Below the pieces are notes generated by a model, which was given only the letters and a program-made list of their open reading frames with translations, was not told the DNA's origin and did not search any database. From an uncultured Conexibacteraceae bacterium (GTDB taxonomy: Bacteria; Actinomycetota; Thermoleophilia; Solirubrobacterales; Solirubrobacteraceae), in assembly GCA_963706415.1 (NCBI GenBank), contig OY970159.1, forward strand, positions 3,540,895 to 3,604,894: a stretch of DNA of 64,000 bases, read 5' to 3'. Position 1 is the stretch's first letter. Each line of letters starts with the position of its first letter. Below are positions 45,204 through 52,819 of the stretch, piece by piece. Position numbers and translations under genes: made by a program.

Positions 45204-46043
45204 ATGAGCACCATCCTGGTCGTGGCCAACGAGACGCTCGCGGGCGCTCAACTGCTGGAGACCGTCAAGGAGCGCGCGAGCGCCGGCGGCGAAGGCACCC
45301 GCGTCATCGTCTGCGTGCCGCGCAACAAGCCCAAGCACGGCAACATCATCTACGACGACTTCGTCTTCGACGCGGCGAAGGTGCGCATCGACCTGGCCCG
45401 CCGCTTCCTGCGTGACCAGGACATCAACGCCATTGGTGACATCGGGGATCCCGATCCCTACACCGCCACGATGGACGCCGTCGCCGAGCACCACCCCGAC
45501 GAGATCATCGTCTCGACCTTCCCGGCGACGGTGTCGGGCTGGCTGCGCCGCGATCTGATCGAGCGCATCGAGCAGGCCAGCGGCCTGCCGGTCACCCACG
45601 TCGTCCAGGACATCGACGCCGAGGGCATCCCCTTCCACGTCTCGCTGGTCGTGGCGGCCAAGACCGCGTCCGGCGACACTCTGCTGGACTCGCTGAAGGC
45701 CAAGGCCGGCGCGAACCCGCGTGGCTCGCTGTTCATCGTGATCGTCCCGCAGGAGGGCGGCGAGGGCCACCACGCCGCACGCGCACGGGCACGCATGGCG
45801 CAGGTCGTGGACCGCCTGATCTCCGAGGGCCTGATCGCCGCGGGCATGATCGGCGACCCGGACCCCTATACGGCCACGATGAACGCGCTGCAGCTCTTCC
45901 GCGTCGACGACATCGTCATCTCCACCCTGCCGGCCACCCGCTCGGGCTGGCTGCGCGCCGACCTGATCGAGCGCGTCCGCAAGGTCACCAACAAGCCGGT
46001 CGAGCACGTCGAGACCACCGACCGCGCCGCCAGCGCCGCCTAA
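45204..46043 (+). CDS. cytoplasmic tandem USP-like (adenine-nucleotide alpha-hydrolase-like) protein of unknown function
   Basis: 279 aa with a good SD (aaggggag) 7-8 nt upstream and no hydrophobic helix. The two ~135-aa halves share ILVVA...GDPDPYTATM.A....D.I.ST.PAT.SGWLR.DLIER....PV.HV. Confidence 0.7.
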   Translation: MSTILVVANETLAGAQLLETVKERASAGGEGTRVIVCVPRNKPKHGNIIYDDFVFDAAKVRIDLARRFLRDQDINAIGDIGDPDPYTATMDAVAEHHPDEIIVSTFPATVSGWLRRDLIERIEQASGLPVTHVVQDIDAEGIPFHVSLVVAAKTASGDTLLDSLKAKAGANPRGSLFIVIVPQEGGEGHHAARARARMAQVVDRLISEGLIAAGMIGDPDPYTATMNALQLFRVDDIVISTLPATRSGWLRADLIERVRKVTNKPVEHVETTDRAASAA

Positions 46044-46053
46044 AGAGAGACCC

Positions 46054-46665
46054 ATGGAAGCCGCCTCGATCGCCCACGGCCACGACCATCACGGCCCGCC
46101 CGCGGCCAACCGCAGCTCACGCGTCGAGCCCGCGCTGCTGGGGATGTTGTTGTTCATCATCTCCGAGGTGATGGTCTTCGGGGCCTTCTTCACGGCGTAC
46201 TTCTTCATCCGGGTCGTCGCCGTGCCGGGCGGCTGGTTCCCCGTCGACGGCAAGGACCTCCCGGTCGCGGTCGCGGGCGTCAACACGGCGATCCTGGTGT
46301 CCTCGTCGCTGACGCTGCATTGGGCCCAGACGTCGATCAAGAACGGCAACCGCTTCGGCCTGCAGGCCGGCATGACGGCGACGTTCCTGCTGGGCCTGAC
46401 GTTCCTCTTCATCCAGATCAACGAGTACGTCCACATCGGCTTCGCGCCACAGGACAGTGCGCAGGCCACGGTCTTCTTCTCGCTGACGGGCCTGCACGGC
46501 GCGCACGTGACGATCGGCCTGATCCTGCTCGGAATGGTCACGATCCGGGCCTTCAAGGGCCATTTCTCGCCCGAGCATCACCACGGCGTCGAGATTCCAG
46601 GGATCTACTGGCACTTCGTCGACGTGATGTGGATCGTCGTCTACACGACGATCTACGTCCTCTGA
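46054..46665 (+). CDS. ctaE: cytochrome c oxidase subunit III
   Basis: 203 aa with GMLLFIISEVMVFGAFF, FSLTGLHGAHVTIG and YWHFVDVMWIVVY. Confidence 0.92.
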   Translation: MEAASIAHGHDHHGPPAANRSSRVEPALLGMLLFIISEVMVFGAFFTAYFFIRVVAVPGGWFPVDGKDLPVAVAGVNTAILVSSSLTLHWAQTSIKNGNRFGLQAGMTATFLLGLTFLFIQINEYVHIGFAPQDSAQATVFFSLTGLHGAHVTIGLILLGMVTIRAFKGHFSPEHHHGVEIPGIYWHFVDVMWIVVYTTIYVL

Positions 46666-46826
46666 TGGGCGACAGCCCGCGCCCGCGCGACTGGAACGCG
46701 CTGCTGCTGCGGGTGCTGGAGCCGTTCCGGTCCGAGGCCGCCGCGTTCCGGGTGCTGCTGGGGACGATCGCGGTCTTCGGGACGATCATCGTGCTCGTGC
46801 TGGTCGCACGGGCGCTCGGTGCCTGA
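46665..46826 (+). CDS. 53-aa single-helix membrane protein following ctaE
   Basis: ATG shares one base with the ctaE stop (TGATG). Sequence: MGDSPRPRDWNALLLRVLEPFRSEAAAFRVLLGTIAVFGTIIVLVLVARALGA. Confidence 0.5.
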   Translation: MGDSPRPRDWNALLLRVLEPFRSEAAAFRVLLGTIAVFGTIIVLVLVARALGA

Positions 46827-46842
46827 GGGACACGCCGCCCCG

Positions 46843-46864
46843 CGCCCGTCCTCCTCGACGGGCG
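46843..46864. terminator. stem-loop after the oxidase operon
   Basis: cgcccgtc-ctcctc-gacgggcg: an 8-bp GC-rich stem 17 nt after the stop at 46826. Confidence 0.45.
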
Positions 46865-46873
46865 GTCGGCGCA

Positions 46874-46900
46874 CGGTGGGACGCCTGCGGCGTCCCACCG
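46874..46900. terminator. perfect 12-bp stem-loop between convergent genes
   Basis: cggtgggacgcc-tgc-ggcgtcccaccg. It abuts the stop of the minus-strand cupredoxin gene at 46901. Confidence 0.6.
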
Positions 46901-47626
46901 CTACTTGACGGTCAGCGTGCCCTGCATGCCGGCCGCACGGTGGCCCGGCACGGAGCAGTAGTACGTGTAGGTCTTGCCCGCGTCGAGCGTCGCCTTGAAG
47001 GACGAGGTCCCGTTGGCGACGACCTCGCCCTTGCCCAGGCCGGCGATGACGATGTCGTGCTGGGTGCCGGACTTGTTGGGCATCTCGATCGTGGCCGGAC
47101 CGGCCGTGCCCGTCGCCTTGGTGGCGGCGTAGGCGAGCTGGCCACCCGGATCGGCCGGGATGCTGATCACGCCGGCCTTCTCGACGGCGGTGCCGCCGCC
47201 GGCGGCCTTCACGGCCGTCGCGAGGCGTCCGGTGTCCTTGCCGCCCTTCGCCGTGACCGACGCGACGTAAGCGGCGACGTCGTGGGCCTTCTCGCCGCTG
47301 ACGAGCTTGGCCGGCATCTTGATGCCGTCGGAGTTCGGCAGGCGGTTCGGGAACAGGATCTGCTTGAGGACGACCCCGCGGATCGCCGTCTCGCCGAAGT
47401 TCTCCTTGACCGGCTGCTGGAAGGCCTCGTCGAGGTTCGGACCGGTGGTGCCCTTGGTCCCGGCGCGCGCCAGCGTGTGGCAGGAGCCGCACTTCTGGAC
47501 GAAGAGCTGCTTCCCCGCGACGACGTCGGCCTGTGGGTCTTTCACCCCGCCACAGGCAGACAGCGCCGGAACAACGGCGACGATGGCAGCGCAGAGCGCC
47601 GCTCGCGGCAAGATCCTCTTCCCCAT
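46901..47626 (-). CDS. lipoprotein fusion of a mono-heme cytochrome c and a type-1 copper cupredoxin
   Basis: ORF 46901..47890 trimmed to ATG 47626 (MGKRILPRAALCAAIVAVVPALSAC, lipobox). Heme c site CGSCH with a downstream IKMP. Blue-copper ligands HDIVI...YYCSVPGHRAAGM. Confidence 0.85.
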   Translation of the reverse strand: MGKRILPRAALCAAIVAVVPALSACGGVKDPQADVVAGKQLFVQKCGSCHTLARAGTKGTTGPNLDEAFQQPVKENFGETAIRGVVLKQILFPNRLPNSDGIKMPAKLVSGEKAHDVAAYVASVTAKGGKDTGRLATAVKAAGGGTAVEKAGVISIPADPGGQLAYAATKATGTAGPATIEMPNKSGTQHDIVIAGLGKGEVVANGTSSFKATLDAGKTYTYYCSVPGHRAAGMQGTLTVK

Positions 47627-47675
47627 GATCGCCGGGGATCCTAACCGCAACCCAGGAGGGCAACGCAACCAACCG

Positions 47676-49268
47676 TCAGGGCTCGGGCAGATCGGCCGTC
47701 TCGCCGAGGGCCGCGGAGACCACCCCGCGGGCCACCCCGTCCCACGAGAAGCGCTCCCGTGCGACGGTCTCCAGCCCCTCGCGCGTGGCCTCACGCAGCG
47801 CCTCCGGCGCCTGCAGCCAGGCGATGACACGGTCGCTGAGGTCGCGCACCGCGCGGGGCCCCACCGCGAAGCCCAGCCAGGCTCGCGCACCGACCGGGAC
47901 CGCGCCGGCGAGGATCGCCCGGACCTCGCCGAGGCCCGAGTGGTCGGCGACGATCGGGAGCGCCCCGGACGCGGCCGCCTCGACGGCGACCATCCCGAAC
48001 GCCTCCGGGAACGTCGAGGGCACGATCTGCGCCTCGCTGGCGGCCAGCAGGGGCGCGAGCTCCTCGTGCTCCAGCCGGCCGGTGATCACGACGCGCCCGG
48101 GAAGCCTCCGCGCCGCCGTCAGGTAGCGGTCGCGGTCCGGCGCGGCCTCGAGGTCGTCCAGGAACGCCTCCAGGAGCGCCAGCGGCGCGTGCGGGCCGCC
48201 TTCGGCCGCGCGGCCCTCGGCGGCCAGCCCACGCACGGTCGCGAGGTCGCCGGCCGCCAGCGCGGCCAGGAGCAGCTCCAGCGCGTCGCGATAGCCGCCG
48301 AAGCCCACCACGACCAGCCTGGCGTCCGGCACCGACGCCAGCACGAGCGGCCAGGCGGCCACCAGCAGGTCGACGCCCTTGGAGACGATCAGCTTGCCCA
48401 CGAACGTCACGAGGCGGTCGCGCTCGCCGTCGAGGTCGCGCAGGGCGCGGGCCGCCTCGGCGGGGTCGCGGGTGAACGCGGAGACCATGGCGCCGTCCTC
48501 AGCCGCCGGCGGCGCGGCCAGCGCCTCCCCGGCCAGCCCGGCGGCCAGGGCGTGCAGCTCCGCGGTCGCCTGCGCACGCGGACGCGGCGCGAACGCCTCG
48601 ACGTCCACCCCGGGCGGCCCGAGGCGCGTGCGCGCCGGAAGCTGCGGGTCGTCCATCGCCGCCCAGAGCGACTCGGCGGTGTGACGCGAGCCGACCAGCA
48701 CCGTCCGTGCCCGTGCCAGGCCCTCGCGCGCCGCCGGCAGGAAGCGCTCGGGCTGCGGCTTGACGGCGTACTCCAGCGCGCTGCCGTGGATCTTGACGGC
48801 GTAGGGCACGTGCTCGGGCAGCCCGCGCGCGAGGATCAGCGGCCCCATCACCAGGTGGTTGGCCAGCGCGATGTCGGGCGCCACGTGCGCGGCGACCTCC
48901 GCGACCGCCGCGACGTTGCGCGCCACGTAGTCGGCGATCGCCGCGTCGTCGAGCTCGGCGAACGTCCTGGCCTCCACGCCCTCGTAGCGATCGGCGACGT
49001 AGACGGGCAGGACAGGACCCACGTCGGGGCGGTAGGTCGTCACGTGGCGCCCGTCGCGGATCAGACGCACGCGCAGCACGCCGCCGTCGTCCCAGTCTCC
49101 GGCGGCGCCCACGGCGTCGACGTCCTCGGGATGGCGCTCCTGGCAGAACAGGTGCACGTCGTGGCCTTGGCGGGCCAGCGCGGTCGCCAGCAGCGCGTTG
49201 TAGACGTTGGAGCCGGTGCCGCGCAGGAGGTAGCCGTGGAAGATCAGGATCCGCAAGGAGGCCATCAT
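47676..49268 (-). CDS. glycosyltransferase family 4 (GT-B, group 1)
   Basis: N-terminal RILIFHGYLLRGTGSNVY. C-terminal E-x7-E region PSTFPEAFGMVAVEAAASGALPIVADHSG. Confidence 0.85.
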   Translation of the reverse strand: MMASLRILIFHGYLLRGTGSNVYNALLATALARQGHDVHLFCQERHPEDVDAVGAAGDWDDGGVLRVRLIRDGRHVTTYRPDVGPVLPVYVADRYEGVEARTFAELDDAAIADYVARNVAAVAEVAAHVAPDIALANHLVMGPLILARGLPEHVPYAVKIHGSALEYAVKPQPERFLPAAREGLARARTVLVGSRHTAESLWAAMDDPQLPARTRLGPPGVDVEAFAPRPRAQATAELHALAAGLAGEALAAPPAAEDGAMVSAFTRDPAEAARALRDLDGERDRLVTFVGKLIVSKGVDLLVAAWPLVLASVPDARLVVVGFGGYRDALELLLAALAAGDLATVRGLAAEGRAAEGGPHAPLALLEAFLDDLEAAPDRDRYLTAARRLPGRVVITGRLEHEELAPLLAASEAQIVPSTFPEAFGMVAVEAAASGALPIVADHSGLGEVRAILAGAVPVGARAWLGFAVGPRAVRDLSDRVIAWLQAPEALREATREGLETVARERFSWDGVARGVVSAALGETADLPEP

Positions 49269-49315
49269 GCCCGCTCAGGTCTCGTCTGACGCCCGTCCTC
49301 GCTAGGCTTCCGACC

Positions 49316-49603
49316 GTGAGCCTGAAGCAGCGCTACCGCATGCGCACCCCCTCCACGGGGCGCGAGATCTTCCTCGAGGCCGAGCCCGGCAAGATCTACC
49401 GCGACCGCGACACCGGCGAGACCCTCGAGGTCGTCGGCAAGGTCATCCCGCTGGCGCCGAGCCCGTCACGGCTGCCCTTCGCCGTCGAGAACCTCCGCTT
49501 CTGCAACTGGTGCGACCAGCTGGCGCAGAAGGACCTCAACGACTGCCCCACCTGCGGGCGTCGCATGGGTGCCCTCGGCGTTCCCGTCCCCGCCACCGAC
49601 TAG
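49316..49603 (+). CDS. small protein with C-terminal zinc-ribbon-like CxxC...CxxC
   Basis: 95 aa with GTG start (ATG at 49340 is an alternative). C-terminal motif FCNWCDQLAQKDLNDCPTCGRRM. Confidence 0.5.
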   Translation: MSLKQRYRMRTPSTGREIFLEAEPGKIYRDRDTGETLEVVGKVIPLAPSPSRLPFAVENLRFCNWCDQLAQKDLNDCPTCGRRMGALGVPVPATD

Positions 49604-49612
49604 CTTCCACCC

Positions 49613-50071
49613 ATGCGCCGTCCCGCCACGGCAGTCGCCCTGATGCTCCTTGCCACCCTCGGCCTGTCGGCCTGTGGTGGCACCAGCGCGACGCACGACG
49701 TGGTCCCGAAGAAGCCGCAGGCGCTGGTCGCGCCCGCGAGCACCTCGATCGGCGGCGCTGCGGCATCCTCGGACAGCAACACCTCGACGACGGCCGACGA
49801 GGCCTCCAGCAGCACGCCCTCGTCAACGACGCCGGGCAGCTCGTCGTCGTCCTCCTCTTCATCGTCCTCGTCGAGCAGCGGCACCGGCGCAGCCGCCACG
49901 CCGGCGGCTCCGAGCACCGGCGCAGCGACCGGCGGCACCAGCCCCAGCCAGACCGGGACGGGAACCAGCCCGGCGACCGGCGGCGCCGGAACCTCGACCG
50001 GCACCAGCACCACCAACTCCGGCGGCTTCAGCGACTTCTGCTCGCAGAACCCCGGCGCCTGCCCGGGCTGA
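49613..50071 (+). CDS. Ser/Thr/Gly-rich lipoprotein with a 14-Ser tract
   Basis: Signal peptide plus lipobox MRRPATAVALMLLATLGLSAC. Low-complexity body with S x14 at 49838-49879. C-terminal FSDFCSQNPGACPG. Confidence 0.65.
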   Translation: MRRPATAVALMLLATLGLSACGGTSATHDVVPKKPQALVAPASTSIGGAAASSDSNTSTTADEASSSTPSSTTPGSSSSSSSSSSSSSSGTGAAATPAAPSTGAATGGTSPSQTGTGTSPATGGAGTSTGTSTTNSGGFSDFCSQNPGACPG

Positions 50072-51842
50072 TCTTCATCACCACGCGGCGCCGCTGGGCC
50101 GCCCGCCCCAGGCTGACGAGGCACGCCGTCAGGAGCAGGGCGAAGCTGAGCAGCGTGATCAGCCGCCCGACCCGTAGCTGCCACGGACCGCCGTCGGTCG
50201 ACAGACAGAGCGCACACTGTCCGCGAACGGTGGCGGTGAAGGCACGGTTGGCGTCCGTCCGGGTGACCTTGAGCAGGATCAGCCCGTTGGCGTCGCGCCC
50301 GGCGATTTGCGCGTCGCCGCTGATGCGCACGAGCGGCGACTGGATGATGTCGGTCGCGATCTGATCGCCGACGTTGGCCACCCCCCGGATCGTGGCCGCG
50401 TCGGAGGTCAACTGGGAGTCCAGCGCGGACGGGAATCCGGCGACGACCCGCTGGTCGCCCGTCGGCCGGCCCAGCACCCGGAACTGCGCGATCACCACCT
50501 CGCGGGGGCCGGAGAAGGGAGACGGCTCCTCCTCGACGCGGATGTCGTCGCGATGCACGACGGTCGCCGTGAGCGCGACGCCGGGCTGGTTGGAGACGAC
50601 GACGTAGATCGCGGTCACCGCCTGCGCCGCGACGACGAGGACGAGCGCGGCCATCAGCGGTCGGCGCGCCCGTCGTTGCCCGATCCCCATCAGCAGCACG
50701 GCGACGGCGACGGCCGTGATCATGGCCACGAACGGGAGCAGGCGCATCGGCATCTGGACGGTCTGCACGAGCCGCGGGAAGTGCAGCCACCACAGCGGAT
50801 GGGTGACCAGCACGAACACGCCGATGCCGACCGTGACCAGCCCCACCGACGACGCGATCACCCCACGTGGCATGCCCCGACGGGATCCGACGAGCGTGAT
50901 CGCGAGCGCGACGAGCACCCAGCAGATCGCCAGGGCCGGCGCCTGCGCGTAGATCCACATCGCGCCGTCGAACTCCTTGGGCACGATGGGCCACGGCGAC
51001 AGCACGTTGGTGATGCGCTCGAAGGGCGCCGTCCCGACGGTCGTGTCCTGGTTGAGCGCCATGTCGGTGATGTAGGTGTTGGGCCCCAGCCAGAGGTTCG
51101 GCAGCAGCCACGCCCCCGTGAGGCCGACGCCGAGGACGATGGCGACCGTGCCACGAGCCAGGCGCGCGAGGACCGCCACAAGCGCCATCCCACCCGAGGC
51201 GAAGGGCAGCAGCGCCAGCACGATCAACGGGAGCACCGCCGCCGCCATCAGGAGCGTCACGTTATGCGTGCCGGCGAGCACGGCGCCCGATCCGACCAGG
51301 GCCGCCAGCCCGAGCTTCGGATACCGCGCCTCCGACCGCAGCACCGCCGTCCACCCGCCCAGCATGACCGCCACGGCGTTGACGCCGACCAGCTCCGCCC
51401 ACGCGCCGCGTCCGTAGGCGTCGCTCAGGACATAGGGCGTGGTCGCGTAGATGAGCGCCGGCAGGACCGCCAGCCGACGCGACAGCCCGAGGCTCCGCGC
51501 CGCCCACCAGATGCCGAGATAACCGCCCACGACGGCCACGACCATGCTTCCCAGGAAGACCGGCCACGCCCCGAAGAGCGCCGCCGGATAGCCCAGCAGC
51601 CCGATCGTGAACCCACCGTAGAACACGAAGAACGGGTAGAACGTCCCGTCCTTGGTGTGGAGGAAGAACGTCGGGACCCCGTGCGCGGAGACATGCGCGG
51701 CCTCACGCTGGATGAACCAGTAGGCGTTCTCCCACTCGTACCAGGCGTTCTGACTGACGGCGAACGGGATCAGCAGCGCTGCGATGAACAGCGGCGGCAA
51801 GAACGTGACGATGCGCCGCTCGGCGGCGGGCGAGAGTGTCAT
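50028..51842 (-). CDS. 604-aa polytopic membrane protein (GT-C-like layout, family unknown) with C-terminal extracytoplasmic domain and terminal anchor helix
   Basis: About 13 hydrophobic helices, then a ~170-aa soluble region and a final helix LITLLSFALLLTACLVSL. Confidence 0.7.
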   Translation of the reverse strand: MTLSPAAERRIVTFLPPLFIAALLIPFAVSQNAWYEWENAYWFIQREAAHVSAHGVPTFFLHTKDGTFYPFFVFYGGFTIGLLGYPAALFGAWPVFLGSMVVAVVGGYLGIWWAARSLGLSRRLAVLPALIYATTPYVLSDAYGRGAWAELVGVNAVAVMLGGWTAVLRSEARYPKLGLAALVGSGAVLAGTHNVTLLMAAAVLPLIVLALLPFASGGMALVAVLARLARGTVAIVLGVGLTGAWLLPNLWLGPNTYITDMALNQDTTVGTAPFERITNVLSPWPIVPKEFDGAMWIYAQAPALAICWVLVALAITLVGSRRGMPRGVIASSVGLVTVGIGVFVLVTHPLWWLHFPRLVQTVQMPMRLLPFVAMITAVAVAVLLMGIGQRRARRPLMAALVLVVAAQAVTAIYVVVSNQPGVALTATVVHRDDIRVEEEPSPFSGPREVVIAQFRVLGRPTGDQRVVAGFPSALDSQLTSDAATIRGVANVGDQIATDIIQSPLVRISGDAQIAGRDANGLILLKVTRTDANRAFTATVRGQCALCLSTDGGPWQLRVGRLITLLSFALLLTACLVSLGRAAQRRRVVMKISPGRRRGSASRSR

Positions 51843-51904
51843 GCACGACGGACTCTCGACACCGCCTCCGGCTCACGCCAGAGCCAACTGGCGTTGGGTG
51901 ATGC

Positions 51905-52558
51905 CTACGGCGTCGAGATGACCCGCGCCGAGTACATGATGCGTGCGGTGCGGTAGAGGCAGTAGTAGCGGCCGATCTGGTTGACGGCCTGCGCGGTCTG
52001 GGCCTGGCTGTCGTCGCAGGTGCCCTTGGCGCGGCTGGCACGCCAGGAGGTGTCGCCGCCGAGGCCGGCGGCCAGCGCGGGCGCCCAGGTCGGCACGGTG
52101 AGCCCCAGGACCCAGCCCTTCTTGACCGGGATCGTCTTCTCCAGCGCGAACTCGACGGTCTGGCCGAAGTAGGGCGTGAGCTTCTGGAGCTCGCCCTGGG
52201 CGACCAGGCGCGCGTGGAGCTTGGTCCCCATGCGCAGCACCGAGATCGCCGCCTGGGACTCGCCGCCGAGGCTCTTGTCGAAGAAGTCGATCTGCTTGTC
52301 GCTGGGCTTGGAGAGCTTGATCGTCCACGAGACGAGCACGCCGTCCTTCTGGACGGTGTAAAGGCCGCGGTTGGTGCCGACCTTGGCCTGGTAGCCCGTG
52401 GTGCGCCCGAGGGCGTAGCAGGGCTTGTCGGGGCAGCTCGGGACGGCGTCGCCGGGATCGACGGCCGGAACGGGGTCCAGCGTGGCGGGCGCGACGGCCG
52501 GCAGGGCGAGACCGGCGCCGATCAGCGCCGCCAGCAAGGTGCGGAAACGAGGCATCAC
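51905..52558 (-). CDS. secreted hypothetical protein
   Basis: Signal peptide MMPRFRTLLAALIGAGLALPAVAPA. 217 aa. No motif recognised. Confidence 0.6.
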   Translation of the reverse strand: MMPRFRTLLAALIGAGLALPAVAPATLDPVPAVDPGDAVPSCPDKPCYALGRTTGYQAKVGTNRGLYTVQKDGVLVSWTIKLSKPSDKQIDFFDKSLGGESQAAISVLRMGTKLHARLVAQGELQKLTPYFGQTVEFALEKTIPVKKGWVLGLTVPTWAPALAAGLGGDTSWRASRAKGTCDDSQAQTAQAVNQIGRYYCLYRTARIMYSARVISTP

Positions 52559-52593
52559 GGCAATTCAACACGACGCGGCGGCGAAGTTGCGGA

Positions 52594-52677
52594 CGCGAAC
52601 GCCCACGACCCGGCGTTGGCGCGACCGTGAGCGTGGGCGCGAACGCCCACGACCCGGCGTTGGCGCCACCGCGACCG
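52594..52677. repeat. two direct copies (44-nt period) of a 29-nt element that is itself an imperfect palindrome
   Basis: cgcgaacgcccacgacccggcgttggcgc occurs at 52594-52622 and identically at 52638-52666. Each copy folds as a 10-bp stem with one mismatch and an 8-nt loop. gcgaccg follows both copies. Confidence 0.8.
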
Positions 52678-52819
52678 GGGGCGCGGGCCTTCTAGCCTGC
52701 CCTCCATCGCCGTCTCGGATGCCTCCCCCACCTCCCTGGACCGCCGTCTGGTCCTCCTGCTGGCCGTCGCCTGCGGCGCCGCGGTCGCCAACCTCTACTA
52801 CGCCCAGCCGCTGCTGGAC

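Noticed and set aside
37100-46826. The two oxidase loci as a recent segmental duplication.
   Set aside because: The gene content differs: ctaB and micro-ORFs in one, versus the cytochrome c fusion, USP-like gene and ctaE in the other. The subunit I/II paralogues are clearly diverged at protein level, so these are old paralogous operons and not a repeat.
49838-49879. The serine tract as a slippage-prone simple sequence repeat (phase variation).
   Set aside because: The 14 Ser codons are a mixture of agc, tcg, tcc, tct and tca, so this is not a perfect nucleotide repeat and strand slippage is unlikely.
52594-52677. The duplicated 29-mer as a mini CRISPR array.
   Set aside because: There are only two copies with a 15-nt gap, no cas genes in the window, and the element is a palindrome located in a promoter region. 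It is reported instead as a repeat or operator candidate.
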